Source of the DNA: Terracidiphilus sp.
GTDB taxonomy: Bacteria > Acidobacteriota > Terriglobia > Terriglobales > Acidobacteriaceae
Length of the DNA stretch: 51,599 nt
Direction: 5' to 3'
NCBI GenBank assembly: GCA_036489245.1
Contig: DASXGD010000387.1
Coordinates: 1 to 51,599, forward strand
Under the pieces are notes generated by a model. That model was not told the DNA's origin and made no database searches. It was given only the letters and a program-made list of their open reading frames with translations. How positions within the stretch are numbered: position 1 is the stretch's first letter; each line of letters starts with the position of its first letter. Positions 29,370-38,655 of this stretch are shown piece by piece. The translations under genes were made by a program, and so were the position numbers.

Positions 29370-31388
29370 ATGTCCGCCAATCCGCAAATCGATCCCATGG
29401 CCGCCGTTTGTGTGTGCTCCGAACTTCACGCCTGGGAAGCCGGGGGCGCCCAGTCCGCCGAAGCACTTTCGCAGTGGGTCGGCGCCCGCCTGGCCGCGCA
29501 CGAAGCCGCGCTGGCCGCCCTCCTCGCCATTGATACGCCGCGCACCCCGGAAAACACACTTCGCCTGTTTGACGCAGCCGTCGAGCAGCTTAGCCTCGCC
29601 GGTTCGCAGGCTGGCGTGCTCAACTCCGTTGCTGCCGACCGGGCGGTTCGCGACCAGGCCCAGCTTGAGGCCCAGCGGATCGCCATGGCCGGTTCGGCCC
29701 TGAGCCTGAATCGCGCCGTTTATGACGCCCTGGTCGCCATGAGAATCGACGGCTGCAACCCGGCTACTACTCACTATGTTGAGCGCACCCTCCTCAGCTA
29801 CCGTCTCGCCGGCGTGGACAAAGACGATGCGACGCGCGCCCACCTGCAGTCGCTGCACGAAAAGGCCACCCAGCTTTCGCTCCAATTCAGCCGCAATATC
29901 CAGGAAGGAGCCAAAACCATCCTGGCCACCCAGGCCGAACTCGACGGCCTGCCGCCCGACTATCTCGGTCGTCACCAGCCCGACGCCGATGGACAGATCA
30001 CCCTCTCTACCGACCAGCCCGACATGCAGCCTGTCATGACCTTTGCCAACAGCGCCGCCCTGCGCGAGCGCATGTTCCTGGCCTACAACACGCGCGCCTA
30101 CCCGGCCAACAAGGAATTGCTGGAGCAACTCCTCGCCACCCGCCAGGAAATCGCCACCGTGATCGGGTTCCGCAGCTGGGCCGACCTGGCCACGGCTGAC
30201 CAGATGATGGGCTCGGCGGCCAACGTGCGCACGTTCCTCACCAAACTCGACGAGGCCAGCCTCGATGGCGCCCGCCGCGAGGTTGAACAGGTGCTCGAGT
30301 TTGCGCGCGGCCGGCATCCAGGTCTTCAGTCAATCGACATCACCAGCCGCGGTTACTGGTACGAGCAGTTTCGCCGCTCGGCGTACGATTTCGACTCCCA
30401 GTCCGTCCGGCCATACTTTCCTTACGCCAGGGTCGAGGCCGGCGTGCTCGAGACTGCCGCGCGCCTGTTCAAGGTCGAATTCCGCCCTTCCCCCGTACCC
30501 GGCTGGGACCCGGCAGTTTCTGTCTTCGAAGTGCGCGAGGACGGCAAATTGGTGGGCCGGTTCTATCTCGACATGCATCCCCGCGAGGGCAAGGACAAGT
30601 GGTTTTCCGCCGCGCCGGTGGTCACGGGCGTGCGCGGCCGCTATCTGCCTGAAGCCGCGCTCATCTGCAATTTCCCGGGAGGCGATCCGAACGATCCGGG
30701 CCTTCTTCAATACAACGACGTGGTCACGTTCTTTCACGAATTCGGCCACCTGATGCACGCCATTCTCGGCGGCCACACCGAGTGGGCCGGCCTCTCCGGC
30801 TTCGCCACCGAGGGCGACTTCATCGAAGTTCCATCGCAGATGCTTGAAGAATTCTTCCGCGACGAGAAATTGCTGCAGTCCTTCGCCCGGCACTACGAGA
30901 CCGGCGAAGTCCTGCCCGCGGAACTCATCCAGAACTTGAAGCGCGCCAGCGCGTTTGGCCGCGCCGACGGCATGCGCACCCAGCTTTACTACACCACCCT
31001 CTCGCTCGATCTGCACGACCAGGATCCCGCCGGCATCGATCTCGATCGGATCATCAAGCAGCTCTACCAGCGGTTCCAGCCGTGGACCTGGCTCGAAGGC
31101 AACCGGATGTACTCGAGCTTCGGGCATCTCACAAGCTATTCGTCGAACTACTACACGTACGCCTTCGATAAGGTGATTGCGCTCGACTTCTTCGCCCAGT
31201 TTGATCCCGCTGACCTGCTTGGCAGCGAAGCCGGTGCCCGTTATCGCAAGACAGTGCTCGAACAGGGCGGCTCCAAGCCCGGCCGTCACATGGTCCGCGA
31301 CTTCCTCGGCCGCGACGAGGAGTTCCAGGCGTTTACCAGATGGCTGAATGAGGAATTTGAAGAGCAGTTATCAGCCGCTAGCTCCTAA
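29370..31388 (+). CDS. M3 family metallopeptidase (thimet oligopeptidase-like)
   Basis: FYLDMHPREGK, FFHEFGHLMH, DFIEVPSQMLE, FGHL..Y...YYTY. GGAGG RBS before ATG 29370. Confidence 0.92.
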   Translation: MSANPQIDPMAAVCVCSELHAWEAGGAQSAEALSQWVGARLAAHEAALAALLAIDTPRTPENTLRLFDAAVEQLSLAGSQAGVLNSVAADRAVRDQAQLEAQRIAMAGSALSLNRAVYDALVAMRIDGCNPATTHYVERTLLSYRLAGVDKDDATRAHLQSLHEKATQLSLQFSRNIQEGAKTILATQAELDGLPPDYLGRHQPDADGQITLSTDQPDMQPVMTFANSAALRERMFLAYNTRAYPANKELLEQLLATRQEIATVIGFRSWADLATADQMMGSAANVRTFLTKLDEASLDGARREVEQVLEFARGRHPGLQSIDITSRGYWYEQFRRSAYDFDSQSVRPYFPYARVEAGVLETAARLFKVEFRPSPVPGWDPAVSVFEVREDGKLVGRFYLDMHPREGKDKWFSAAPVVTGVRGRYLPEAALICNFPGGDPNDPGLLQYNDVVTFFHEFGHLMHAILGGHTEWAGLSGFATEGDFIEVPSQMLEEFFRDEKLLQSFARHYETGEVLPAELIQNLKRASAFGRADGMRTQLYYTTLSLDLHDQDPAGIDLDRIIKQLYQRFQPWTWLEGNRMYSSFGHLTSYSSNYYTYAFDKVIALDFFAQFDPADLLGSEAGARYRKTVLEQGGSKPGRHMVRDFLGRDEEFQAFTRWLNEEFEEQLSAASS

Positions 31389-31391
31389 CTC

Positions 31392-31563
31392 GGGTGCCCC
31401 ATCCTGGCCGCGGCCCTTGTTGTTTGCGGTTGAAGAGAAACAAACGCTCCGTGTCCCACCCTTGCGACTTTTTTCTATCGCAAGGGTGGGAGACCACGAA
31501 CCCAAACCGTTCTTTTTCGTCCACCGCAGGTCGGCAACACCAGTGTGAGACAAGGTGGGATAG
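31392..31563. repeat. Cluster of REP-like elements including a perfect 14-bp hairpin
   Basis: GGGTGCCCCATCCT at 31392. TCCCACCCTTGCGA-N10-TCGCAAGGGTGGGA at 31454-31491. AAGGTGGGA half-site near 31552. Confidence 0.7.
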
Positions 31564-31604
31564 TACGATGCTGGTGCGATGACGTCTCTGACCCGGAGGT
31601 TCCT

Positions 31605-32105
31605 ATGCCCCCCTACCAAGTCGCCCAGGTCAACATCGGCCGCATTCGCGCCGAGCTCGACGATCCCATCATGGCCGGATTCGTCAACCGGCTCGACGAG
31701 ATTAACGCCCTTGCCGATGCCAGCCCCGGTTTCGTCTGGCGCCTCAAGACCAACGAGGGCAATGCGACTTACTTCCGCCCCTTCGGAGACGAGCGCACGC
31801 TGCTCAACATGTCGGTCTGGCAGGACATTGATTCTCTTCGCCACTACGTCTACCAGACCGCGCACCGCGAAGTCCTTCGTCAACGCCACGCCTGGTTCGA
31901 GAAGTTCGAAGGCAGCTTCATCGCGTTGTGGTGGGTGCCCGCGGGGCACATTCCCGGTATCGACGAAGCCAAACGACGCCTCGCCCATCTGGACGCGCAC
32001 GGCCCCACCCAGTTCGCCTTCACATTCAACTTCATCTTCGAGCCCGACGACGAATTTCAGCAATCAATCAACTGGTCGTCATTCGAGCCCTGCCATGCAA
32101 ACTGA
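31605..32105 (+). CDS. DUF3291 family protein
   Basis: AQVNIGR, INALADASPGFVWRL, NMSVWQD..SL, LWWVPAGHIP. GGAGG RBS. Confidence 0.88.
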   Translation: MPPYQVAQVNIGRIRAELDDPIMAGFVNRLDEINALADASPGFVWRLKTNEGNATYFRPFGDERTLLNMSVWQDIDSLRHYVYQTAHREVLRQRHAWFEKFEGSFIALWWVPAGHIPGIDEAKRRLAHLDAHGPTQFAFTFNFIFEPDDEFQQSINWSSFEPCHAN

Positions 32106-32124
32106 TCCAACAAGTTTATTGATC

Positions 32125-32159
32125 ACTGGAAACTGACAACTGAAAACTGACCACTGTCG
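32125..32159. repeat. 7-nt tandem array (ACTGNNN)x5
   Basis: ACTGGAA ACTGACA ACTGAAA ACTGACC ACTGTCG ending 1 nt before the ATG at 32161. Confidence 0.75.
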
Positions 32160-32160
32160 T

Positions 32161-32535
32161 ATGACTCCGTCTGACTTTCGCCGCATCGCTCTCAGCCTTG
32201 AGGGCGCCGAGGAAGGCTCGCACATGGGCTCGCCGGATTTCCGCGTGGGCGGCCGCATCTTTGCCACCCTCGCGGCGCAGGCCCAGGGCTATGGAAATCT
32301 CATGCTCACCCCTGAGCAGCAGGCCCTGTTTGTAGCCGAGGAGCCTGGCGTGTTCCTTCCCGTCCACGGCGGCTGGGGCCGCAATGGCGCCACCCATCTG
32401 AAGCTCTCCGCGGCCACCGAAGACCTCGTCTACGGCGCACTGCAAACGGCATGGAAGCTGCGCATCGAAAAGAACCGCACCGTCAGCAAAAAGACCCGCG
32501 CTCCCGCAAGGAAGAAAAAGTCCGCATCCGAGTAA
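32161..32535 (+). CDS. MmcQ/YjbR family DNA-binding protein
   Basis: FRRIALSLEGAEEGSHMGSPDFRVGGRIFATL, GGWGRNGAT. Confidence 0.85.
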   Translation: MTPSDFRRIALSLEGAEEGSHMGSPDFRVGGRIFATLAAQAQGYGNLMLTPEQQALFVAEEPGVFLPVHGGWGRNGATHLKLSAATEDLVYGALQTAWKLRIEKNRTVSKKTRAPARKKKSASE

Positions 32536-32595
32536 GGACTGGCTCATCTCTACCTTCTGAGATTCGGAACAGGGTTTCTGAATTGGAGGTTCAGC

Positions 32596-33237
32596 GTGAA
32601 GGTTGGAGTTTTAGGATCGGGCGAAGTAGCGAGGACTCTGGCAGGCGGTTTTCTCAAGCACGGGCACGACGTGACACTGGGCTCCCGAACCCCGGCCAAG
32701 TTGCAAGACTGGGCGGCCGCCAATCCAAAAGGCAAGACGGGCACCTTCGCCGCCGCGGCCGAGTTCGGTGAATTGATTGTCCTCGCGGTCAAGGGCTCCG
32801 CAGCGTCTGAAGCGCTGCGTCTCGCCGGGGGAAAGAATCTCGCCGGCAAGGCTGTGATCGATGCGTGCAACCCCATTGCCGATGCCCCGCCTGTCAACGG
32901 CGTGCTTTCCTTCTTCACCTCGGTGAACGAATCCCTCCTCGAACACCTGCAGCGCGAATTCCCGGCCGCTCACCTGGTGAAAGCGTTCAATTCTGTCGGT
33001 TCGCATCTCATGATCAATCCGCAGTTTGAAGGCGGCAGACCCACGATGTTCATCTGCGGCAACGATGCCACGGCAAAGAGCTTGCTCACCGGCATTCTGG
33101 ATCAGTTCGGCTGGGAAACGGTCGACATGGGAACAGTCGAAGCCGCGCGCGCCATAGAGCCGCTGTGTATACTGTGGTGCATTCCCGGTTTTCTGCGCAA
33201 TGAGTGGACACACGCATTTAAGCTGCTGAAAAAGTAG
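32596..33237 (+). CDS. NADP oxidoreductase, F420-dependent/COG2085 family
   Basis: GVLGSGEV Rossmann motif, IDACNP, VKAFN, FICGND, DMG..EAARAIE. Confidence 0.85.
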   Translation: MKVGVLGSGEVARTLAGGFLKHGHDVTLGSRTPAKLQDWAAANPKGKTGTFAAAAEFGELIVLAVKGSAASEALRLAGGKNLAGKAVIDACNPIADAPPVNGVLSFFTSVNESLLEHLQREFPAAHLVKAFNSVGSHLMINPQFEGGRPTMFICGNDATAKSLLTGILDQFGWETVDMGTVEAARAIEPLCILWCIPGFLRNEWTHAFKLLKK

Positions 33238-33247
33238 ACAGCTCCCT

Positions 33248-33291
33248 GGGTGCCCTGCCATTGCCGCGTCTTTCTTTGCGGCCAGGGCAGG
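33248..33291. repeat. REP-like hairpin related to the 31392 element
   Basis: GGGTGCCCTGCCATTGCCGCGTCTTTCTTTGCGGCCAGGGCAGG shares GGGTGCCC..GCCGCG..TTTGCGG with 31392. Confidence 0.55.
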
Positions 33292-33325
33292 TGTGCACGA
33301 AGCTGACTCGCGTTCATGGTGTCCG

Positions 33326-34123
33326 ATGACAAGCACCAAAGACTTCCAGGGCCGATGGGCCTTGATCACCGGCGCCAGCGCCGGGATCGGGGTCGCGCTG
33401 GTTCATGAACTCGCCCGTTGCGGCACAAAGTTGATTCTCACCGCCCGGCGCAAGGACCGCCTCGATTCCCTCGCCGCGGAACTCGCCGCCAAGGGAAGCG
33501 ATGTCCGGATCGTCGCCGCCGACCTCAATGACCCTGCAGCGGCGCAGCAGATCTACGACGCTACTGAGGGAGCGGGTCTTCCCGTCGACATCCTCGTCAA
33601 CAACGCCGGGCTTGGCCAGTACGGCGTGTTTTATACCAACCCGATTGAGCAGGAAGCGGGCCAGATCCGCGTGAATTGCGAATCCATGGTGCGCGTCGCG
33701 CGGCTCTTCGTGCCCCGCATGGTCGAGCGCCGCCGCGGCTGGGTGCTGGTCACTGCGTCGACGGCCAGTTTTCAGCCCTTGCCGTACCTCACGACCTATG
33801 CCGCCACCAAGGCCTTTGACCGCTTCTTCGCGCTCGGCCTCGCGCAAGAAGTGAAGCGATTCGGCGTCAAAGTAACTTGTCTGTGTCCGGGACCGACGGA
33901 AAGTGAGTTCTTCGATGTCTCCGGCGCCGTAACTCTCAAGCGCGGCTTGCAGTCCGCTGAAGAAGTGGCCCGTATCGGCATCGCCGCTCTGGCCCGAGGC
34001 AGACGCACGGTCATTCCCAACCTCGCAGGCCGGTCCATCGCGTTCGCCGTTCGGCTGGTGCCGGTCGGATTCGTCACCAGCTTTATCGAGAAGTTTGCCC
34101 GCCCCTCGCCGCGGGCCAACTGA
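33326..34123 (+). CDS. Short-chain dehydrogenase/reductase
   Basis: TGASAGIG, NNAG, YAATK, CPGPT. Confidence 0.92.
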   Translation: MTSTKDFQGRWALITGASAGIGVALVHELARCGTKLILTARRKDRLDSLAAELAAKGSDVRIVAADLNDPAAAQQIYDATEGAGLPVDILVNNAGLGQYGVFYTNPIEQEAGQIRVNCESMVRVARLFVPRMVERRRGWVLVTASTASFQPLPYLTTYAATKAFDRFFALGLAQEVKRFGVKVTCLCPGPTESEFFDVSGAVTLKRGLQSAEEVARIGIAALARGRRTVIPNLAGRSIAFAVRLVPVGFVTSFIEKFARPSPRAN

Positions 34124-34206
34124 ATTTGCATTTCTCCGGTATCGCATTGCATGATTGCCGAGTGCCCGTGCCTGCCACGGCCAGATTGCTCAAGCGGAGA
34201 AATGCT

Positions 34207-34479
34207 TTGCCCAAATTCGTGATCGAGCGCGAAATTCCCAAAATCGGCGATGCCACACCGGAAACCCTGAAAGCTATCTCACAAACCTCCTGCGGGGTAC
34301 TGCGCAAGCTGGGCCCCGAGATTCAATGGCTGCAGAGTTACGTGACCGACGACAAGATCTACTGCGTCTACATCGCGCCGGACGAAGCCATGGTGCGGCA
34401 GCACGCCGAGATGGGTGGTTTTCCCGCGAATCGCATTTCGCAGGTGCGCCGGATCATCGACCCAACAACGAGCGAGTAA
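34207..34479 (+). CDS. DUF4242 (SCO4226-like) protein
   Basis: PKFVIEREIP, IQWLQSYV..DKIYCVYIAP, HA..GGFPANRI. TTG start after GGAG. Confidence 0.85.
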   Translation: MPKFVIEREIPKIGDATPETLKAISQTSCGVLRKLGPEIQWLQSYVTDDKIYCVYIAPDEAMVRQHAEMGGFPANRISQVRRIIDPTTSE

Positions 34480-34662
34480 GTAAGTTTACTATCATCGAAA
34501 AGGTTGCCTTCGTGCGCATCTATTTGCGCTGATAATGCGTGCCTCCTCAAGCCTGGAGCCAGGAACAACGTAATTTGCCCGTTCGACATCTCACTTGCCG
34601 TGTGTGATTTATCCGTAGCGGAGTTAGCCGCGATACGGAGCTTAGACAAGGAGATCAGGGCA

Positions 34663-35223
34663 ATGAAACTGGATCGTTCCCCCCAGCCCTTCCTGCTCGG
34701 CGCAGCCATTCTTCTAGGCGGCGCCATGGTAATCGCAGGCTGCAACAAATCGCATCCCGACGAGAAACCCGCCGTGACCACTTCGCTGAGCGGCGCGAAT
34801 CTGAGTGATGTCAGCGTATCGCAGGACCGCGAGAAGGGTGTCATGACCCTCAGCGGCAACGTTGACGGTGAAGACGCCAAAAAACGTGCGGAGAAGCTGG
34901 CTCAAGAGGCGGCTCCCGACTACACCATCGCCAATGAGATTGGCGTGCGTCCTCCAGAGGTAGCCAACGCCGGATCGGTCGCTTCCAACCTCGATTCTGC
35001 TATCGAGGACAACTTCAAGGCCGAGATAAAGGCCCATCAGAACCTCGACGACCAGAGCATTCACGCTTCTGCGAAGAATGGCACGCTGGTGATCAAGGGC
35101 AGTGTCAAGACCAGCGCACAAAAGAAGGAAGTTGGCACCCTGGCCAAGCAGGTGCCCAACGTGCAGCAGGTCGTGAATGAACTCGAAGTCAAGCCCGGGA
35201 AGCATTCCACGCCCAGTTCCTAG
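34663..35223 (+). CDS. BON-domain lipoprotein (OsmY-like)
   Basis: Lipobox IAGC. Two BON repeats (GVMTLSGNV..IANEI; NGTLVIKGSV..VPNVQQVVNEL). AAGGAG RBS. Confidence 0.85.
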   Translation: MKLDRSPQPFLLGAAILLGGAMVIAGCNKSHPDEKPAVTTSLSGANLSDVSVSQDREKGVMTLSGNVDGEDAKKRAEKLAQEAAPDYTIANEIGVRPPEVANAGSVASNLDSAIEDNFKAEIKAHQNLDDQSIHASAKNGTLVIKGSVKTSAQKKEVGTLAKQVPNVQQVVNELEVKPGKHSTPSS

Positions 35224-35274
35224 CCCGGCTCAAACTTGACCGGACTAAACCTCTCCGCTTTAACCACGCAGGCA

Positions 35275-35315
35275 CTCTCCCTGGTCTTCTCCGCAACGGA
35301 GCAGGCCTGGGAGAG
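35275..35315. repeat. Imperfect long hairpin between convergent genes (REP-like or terminator)
   Basis: CTCTCCC..CTCCG-CAA-CGGAG..GGGAGAG. Confidence 0.45.
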
Positions 35316-35412
35316 CGTTGCATTTTCAACCCCATCCTCGCGGCTCTCCGTGCAATCCTTTCCCTAACCAATTTCCAAAGCAGACCGCGGGTGCGTGCCT
35401 CAAGGTCTTGAA

Positions 35413-36414
35413 TCACCCTAACGACATCACCAGCTTGCCGAAGTGGCTAGCTTCTTCCATGCGGCTTAGGACCTGGGGAGCGTGGGTCCAGGGAAAGTCC
35501 TCGCCGACCGGCCGCATCTGGGTGAGCGCGATGGCCTTGTTCATATCCATGAAATCCTGGCGCGATCCGACGTAAATCCCCCGAATGCGCGCCTGCTTGT
35601 GCAGAATGGCAGCCATCGGCAGTTGTTCGCCCGGTCCTGACAGGACGCCCACCTGCGCCACCGTTCCTCCCATGCGCAAGGCGCGCAACGAGCGGGGAAG
35701 GGTCCCCACTCCGCCCACTTCGACCACCAGGTCCACGCCTTCTCCGCTCTGCTCCACGGCCCAGCGATCCCACTCTGGAGTTTCGCGGTAATTCAAACCC
35801 GCATCGAGTCCCAGGTCATAGGCGCGCTCCAGTTTCTCATGGCTGCCGGAAACCCCCAGCACGCGCGCTCCTCGCAAGCGCGCGAATTGCAGCGAAAAGA
35901 TGGCCACCCCACCCGTGCCCTGAATGAGCACCGTGCCTCCGGGCTTGAGATCGCTGGCGCACAGCGCGTTCCAGGCCGTTACCCCCGCGCAGGGCAGCGT
36001 CGCGGCTTCCTGGTAGCTCAGGTGGTCGGGAATCGCCACCAGCCCGTTTTCATTGAACGCCACAAACTCGGCAAGCGTGCCGTCGATATCCCCGCCCAGC
36101 GCGCCGCGCACCTTGGCGGGGGTGGGCGGCCCATCCAGCCAGTTCTGCATGAAAATGCCTGCCACGCGGTCTCCCGGCTTCCACTGGGTCACGCCCGGCC
36201 CCAGCGCCATCACTTCGCCGGCGCCGTCGGAGCAGGGCACCCGCGGCAGCTTGAGTTTGGGGTTATACAGCCCCTTGACCATCATCAAATCTCGAAAATT
36301 CAAAGAAATTGCATGAATTTTCACCAGCACCTGCCCGGGTCCTGGTTCCGGGGTGGGACGTTCCGCAAATTCCAGAGAATCAATGCCAAAAGACGAAATC
36401 TGCCAGACGCGCAT
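35413..36414 (-). CDS. MDR-family NAD(P)-dependent alcohol dehydrogenase-like (zinc-independent type)
   Basis: SLNFRD, PCSDGAGEV, EAATLPCAGVTAWNAL, QGTGGV, HFGKLV. Confidence 0.9.
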   Translation of the reverse strand: MRVWQISSFGIDSLEFAERPTPEPGPGQVLVKIHAISLNFRDLMMVKGLYNPKLKLPRVPCSDGAGEVMALGPGVTQWKPGDRVAGIFMQNWLDGPPTPAKVRGALGGDIDGTLAEFVAFNENGLVAIPDHLSYQEAATLPCAGVTAWNALCASDLKPGGTVLIQGTGGVAIFSLQFARLRGARVLGVSGSHEKLERAYDLGLDAGLNYRETPEWDRWAVEQSGEGVDLVVEVGGVGTLPRSLRALRMGGTVAQVGVLSGPGEQLPMAAILHKQARIRGIYVGSRQDFMDMNKAIALTQMRPVGEDFPWTHAPQVLSRMEEASHFGKLVMSLG

Positions 36415-36516
36415 GCGCTCTCCTGAGTCATTTTGGGCGAACGATCTTGTGCCCTTTGATGCCCCCAACGCCATCACAAGGGGTGCATTTTAATAAAACG
36501 CTCGTAAAATGAAGAT

Positions 36517-36783
36517 ATGGCTCGTGGTTGGGAAAGTAAATCTGTGGAGGAACAGATGGCAAGCAGCCAACAATACGCGCCGGTCCATGTCGGAATCGAG
36601 TTCTCGAACGAAGTGGCCCGGCGCGAAGCGGAACACCAGCGTGCACAGCGGTTACGGCAGAAACAGGCCCTGGTCCTGCAAAAGGAGAACATCCTTTCGC
36701 AGCGAACCTCGAATCCGGCGCGACGTAATGCGCTGGAAGCGGCCTTACAACAGATCGAGGCCCAAATCGCTGAATTGAATTAA
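36517..36783 (+). CDS. Small conserved hypothetical coiled-coil protein
   Basis: MARGWESKSVEEQ N-terminus, recalled as common in Acidobacteria. Followed by a terminator. Confidence 0.7.
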   Translation: MARGWESKSVEEQMASSQQYAPVHVGIEFSNEVARREAEHQRAQRLRQKQALVLQKENILSQRTSNPARRNALEAALQQIEAQIAELN

Positions 36784-36785
36784 CC

Positions 36786-36807
36786 CCGCATATGGCGGGT
36801 TTTTTTT
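36786..36807 (+). terminator. Rho-independent terminator
   Basis: CCCGC-ATATG-GCGGG followed by a T run directly after the stop. Confidence 0.75.
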
Positions 36808-36857
36808 GTGCCCGGAAATGAGGCCCGCGGGGCCTCCAAGCACGCTGTATTCCGAAT

Positions 36858-37628
36858 CTAGCTCTCGCGGTGGAAGAGGATCGAATTCGCCTGGTGGACG
36901 GTCGTCATCGACACGCGCGCGATGTTTACGTGCGCAGGCCGGCTGGCGGACCAGACGATGACCTCGGCGACGTCCTCCGGCGCGAGCGGCTTAACCCCCT
37001 TGTACACTTTGGCCGCCCGCTCCTGATCCCCGTGAAAACGCACCAGGCTGAAGTCCGTTTCCACCATTCCCGGATCGACGCTGGTCACCCGCACTGGTGT
37101 TCCCAGCACATCCTGGCGGAGACCGTCGTTGATGAGCCGCTCCGCCGCCTTGGTCCCGCAGTAGACCGCGCCCCCGGGGTAGGCCAGTTCGCCGGCGGTT
37201 GATCCCAGGCTGATCACATGGCCGCGCCCGCGTACCACCATGCCCGGCACCACCGCGCGGGTCACGTACAGCAGGCCCTTCACGTTGGTGTCGATCATCT
37301 CGTCCCAGTCTTCCGTCTTGCCCATGTAGAGCTTGTCGAGGCCACGGCTCAGCCCCGCATTGTTGACCAGGATGTCGATCGCTCCCCATTCGTCCGGGAG
37401 CGAATCGATGGCATTCTGCACTGCGCGATGATCGCGCACGTCGAGATCAATCGAGTGCACCGCCGCCGCCCCGCGTTCCAGGCAGGCCGACGCGACTTCC
37501 GCGAGTTTGCCCGCACGGCGCGCTGCCAGCAGCAACCGCGCGCCCTCCGCAGCAAACCCAAGAGCCGTGGCGGCGCCGATCCCGGCACTGGCCCCGGTGA
37601 TGAAGACAATCTTTCCCTTAACGCTCAT
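36858..37628 (-). CDS. SDR oxidoreductase, YdfG-like
   Basis: TGASAGIG, NNAGL, WDEMIDTNVKGLL, YPGGAVYCGTK, PGMVETDFSLVRFHGD. Confidence 0.9.
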   Translation of the reverse strand: MSVKGKIVFITGASAGIGAATALGFAAEGARLLLAARRAGKLAEVASACLERGAAAVHSIDLDVRDHRAVQNAIDSLPDEWGAIDILVNNAGLSRGLDKLYMGKTEDWDEMIDTNVKGLLYVTRAVVPGMVVRGRGHVISLGSTAGELAYPGGAVYCGTKAAERLINDGLRQDVLGTPVRVTSVDPGMVETDFSLVRFHGDQERAAKVYKGVKPLAPEDVAEVIVWSASRPAHVNIARVSMTTVHQANSILFHRES

Positions 37629-37788
37629 GCAAGTATCCTAACCAACAAGTCCGCCCTTCGGGATAACCACCTTCACACGATGTGTGTCGCTGATTTGATG
37701 GAGCCCTGCGACGTCGTATCGTAGTCTGGGGTGGGTGGCACCGGAGCATTCTTTCCATATCCCTCATCTCTTCGTGAGCGGGTTAGTC

Positions 37789-38655
37789 ATGATCGCGGCT
37801 GTCCATGAAAATCAGGTCCGGTTGAGGCGCTACGTTCTAATCGCGCTGTGCTCCGCATTATTCATCGGTTGCGCACAAGTAAATTTTACAGCTTCACCAG
37901 ATCCGAACTCGCGCAACCGGTTCCTTGAACAGATCGACATGAATGGCGTATTAACCTGGGCCGTTCTGCCGGCATCTTATAACTCGCATAACCCGACCCC
38001 TTGGATTGTCTATAACCACGGATTCGGACAGACCATCATTTCTATTGTCACAGATCCTCCTCACAGCGCTTTCGTTCAGTCTCTTGCGACAGCTGGATTT
38101 GTCATCGTGGCAAGTGAGTACCGGAATCCGTACTGTTGGGGCAACACGGAGTGTGCAGAAGATATTGCGAACTTACAGTCGCTCTGGCGCTCCAAGCTGA
38201 ATCTCTCGCCGGCTCCATTCGTGATCGGGGAAAGCATGGGGGGAATTGTTGCCTGGAATGCGATCTCCCGTGGGACACTCAAGCCTTTGGCTGTCATCGG
38301 CATCTATCCCGTGTGCAACCTGGCCGATATGTATACGAACAATGGATTCGTGCCGACGATTCAGAGTGCGTACGGCTTTTCTACTCCATCGGGATACCTG
38401 GCAGCAACCCATGGTTTCGATCCAATGATCGATCCACCTTCCATATTTGCCGGCATCCCCATTCAGATTTGGGCGTCTTATTCTGATCGCCTGGTTGTCC
38501 GATCGCGGAACGCGGACCCGTTTGCCAAGGCGATCAATGCCGCCGGCGGAAGCGTTACCATTCATACGACTCAAGGAGATCATGGAGATCCGAGTAACTT
38601 CGATGCAGCAGCGGTGATCTCTTTCTTTTCCTCCGTGCTCACGGGAGCACCCTAG
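37789..38655 (+). CDS. Exported alpha/beta hydrolase (possible lipoprotein esterase)
   Basis: YNHGFG, GESMGG nucleophile, SD and GDH triad candidates. FIGC lipobox-like. Start uncertain (37735/37789/37822). Confidence 0.7.
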   Translation: MIAAVHENQVRLRRYVLIALCSALFIGCAQVNFTASPDPNSRNRFLEQIDMNGVLTWAVLPASYNSHNPTPWIVYNHGFGQTIISIVTDPPHSAFVQSLATAGFVIVASEYRNPYCWGNTECAEDIANLQSLWRSKLNLSPAPFVIGESMGGIVAWNAISRGTLKPLAVIGIYPVCNLADMYTNNGFVPTIQSAYGFSTPSGYLAATHGFDPMIDPPSIFAGIPIQIWASYSDRLVVRSRNADPFAKAINAAGGSVTIHTTQGDHGDPSNFDAAAVISFFSSVLTGAP

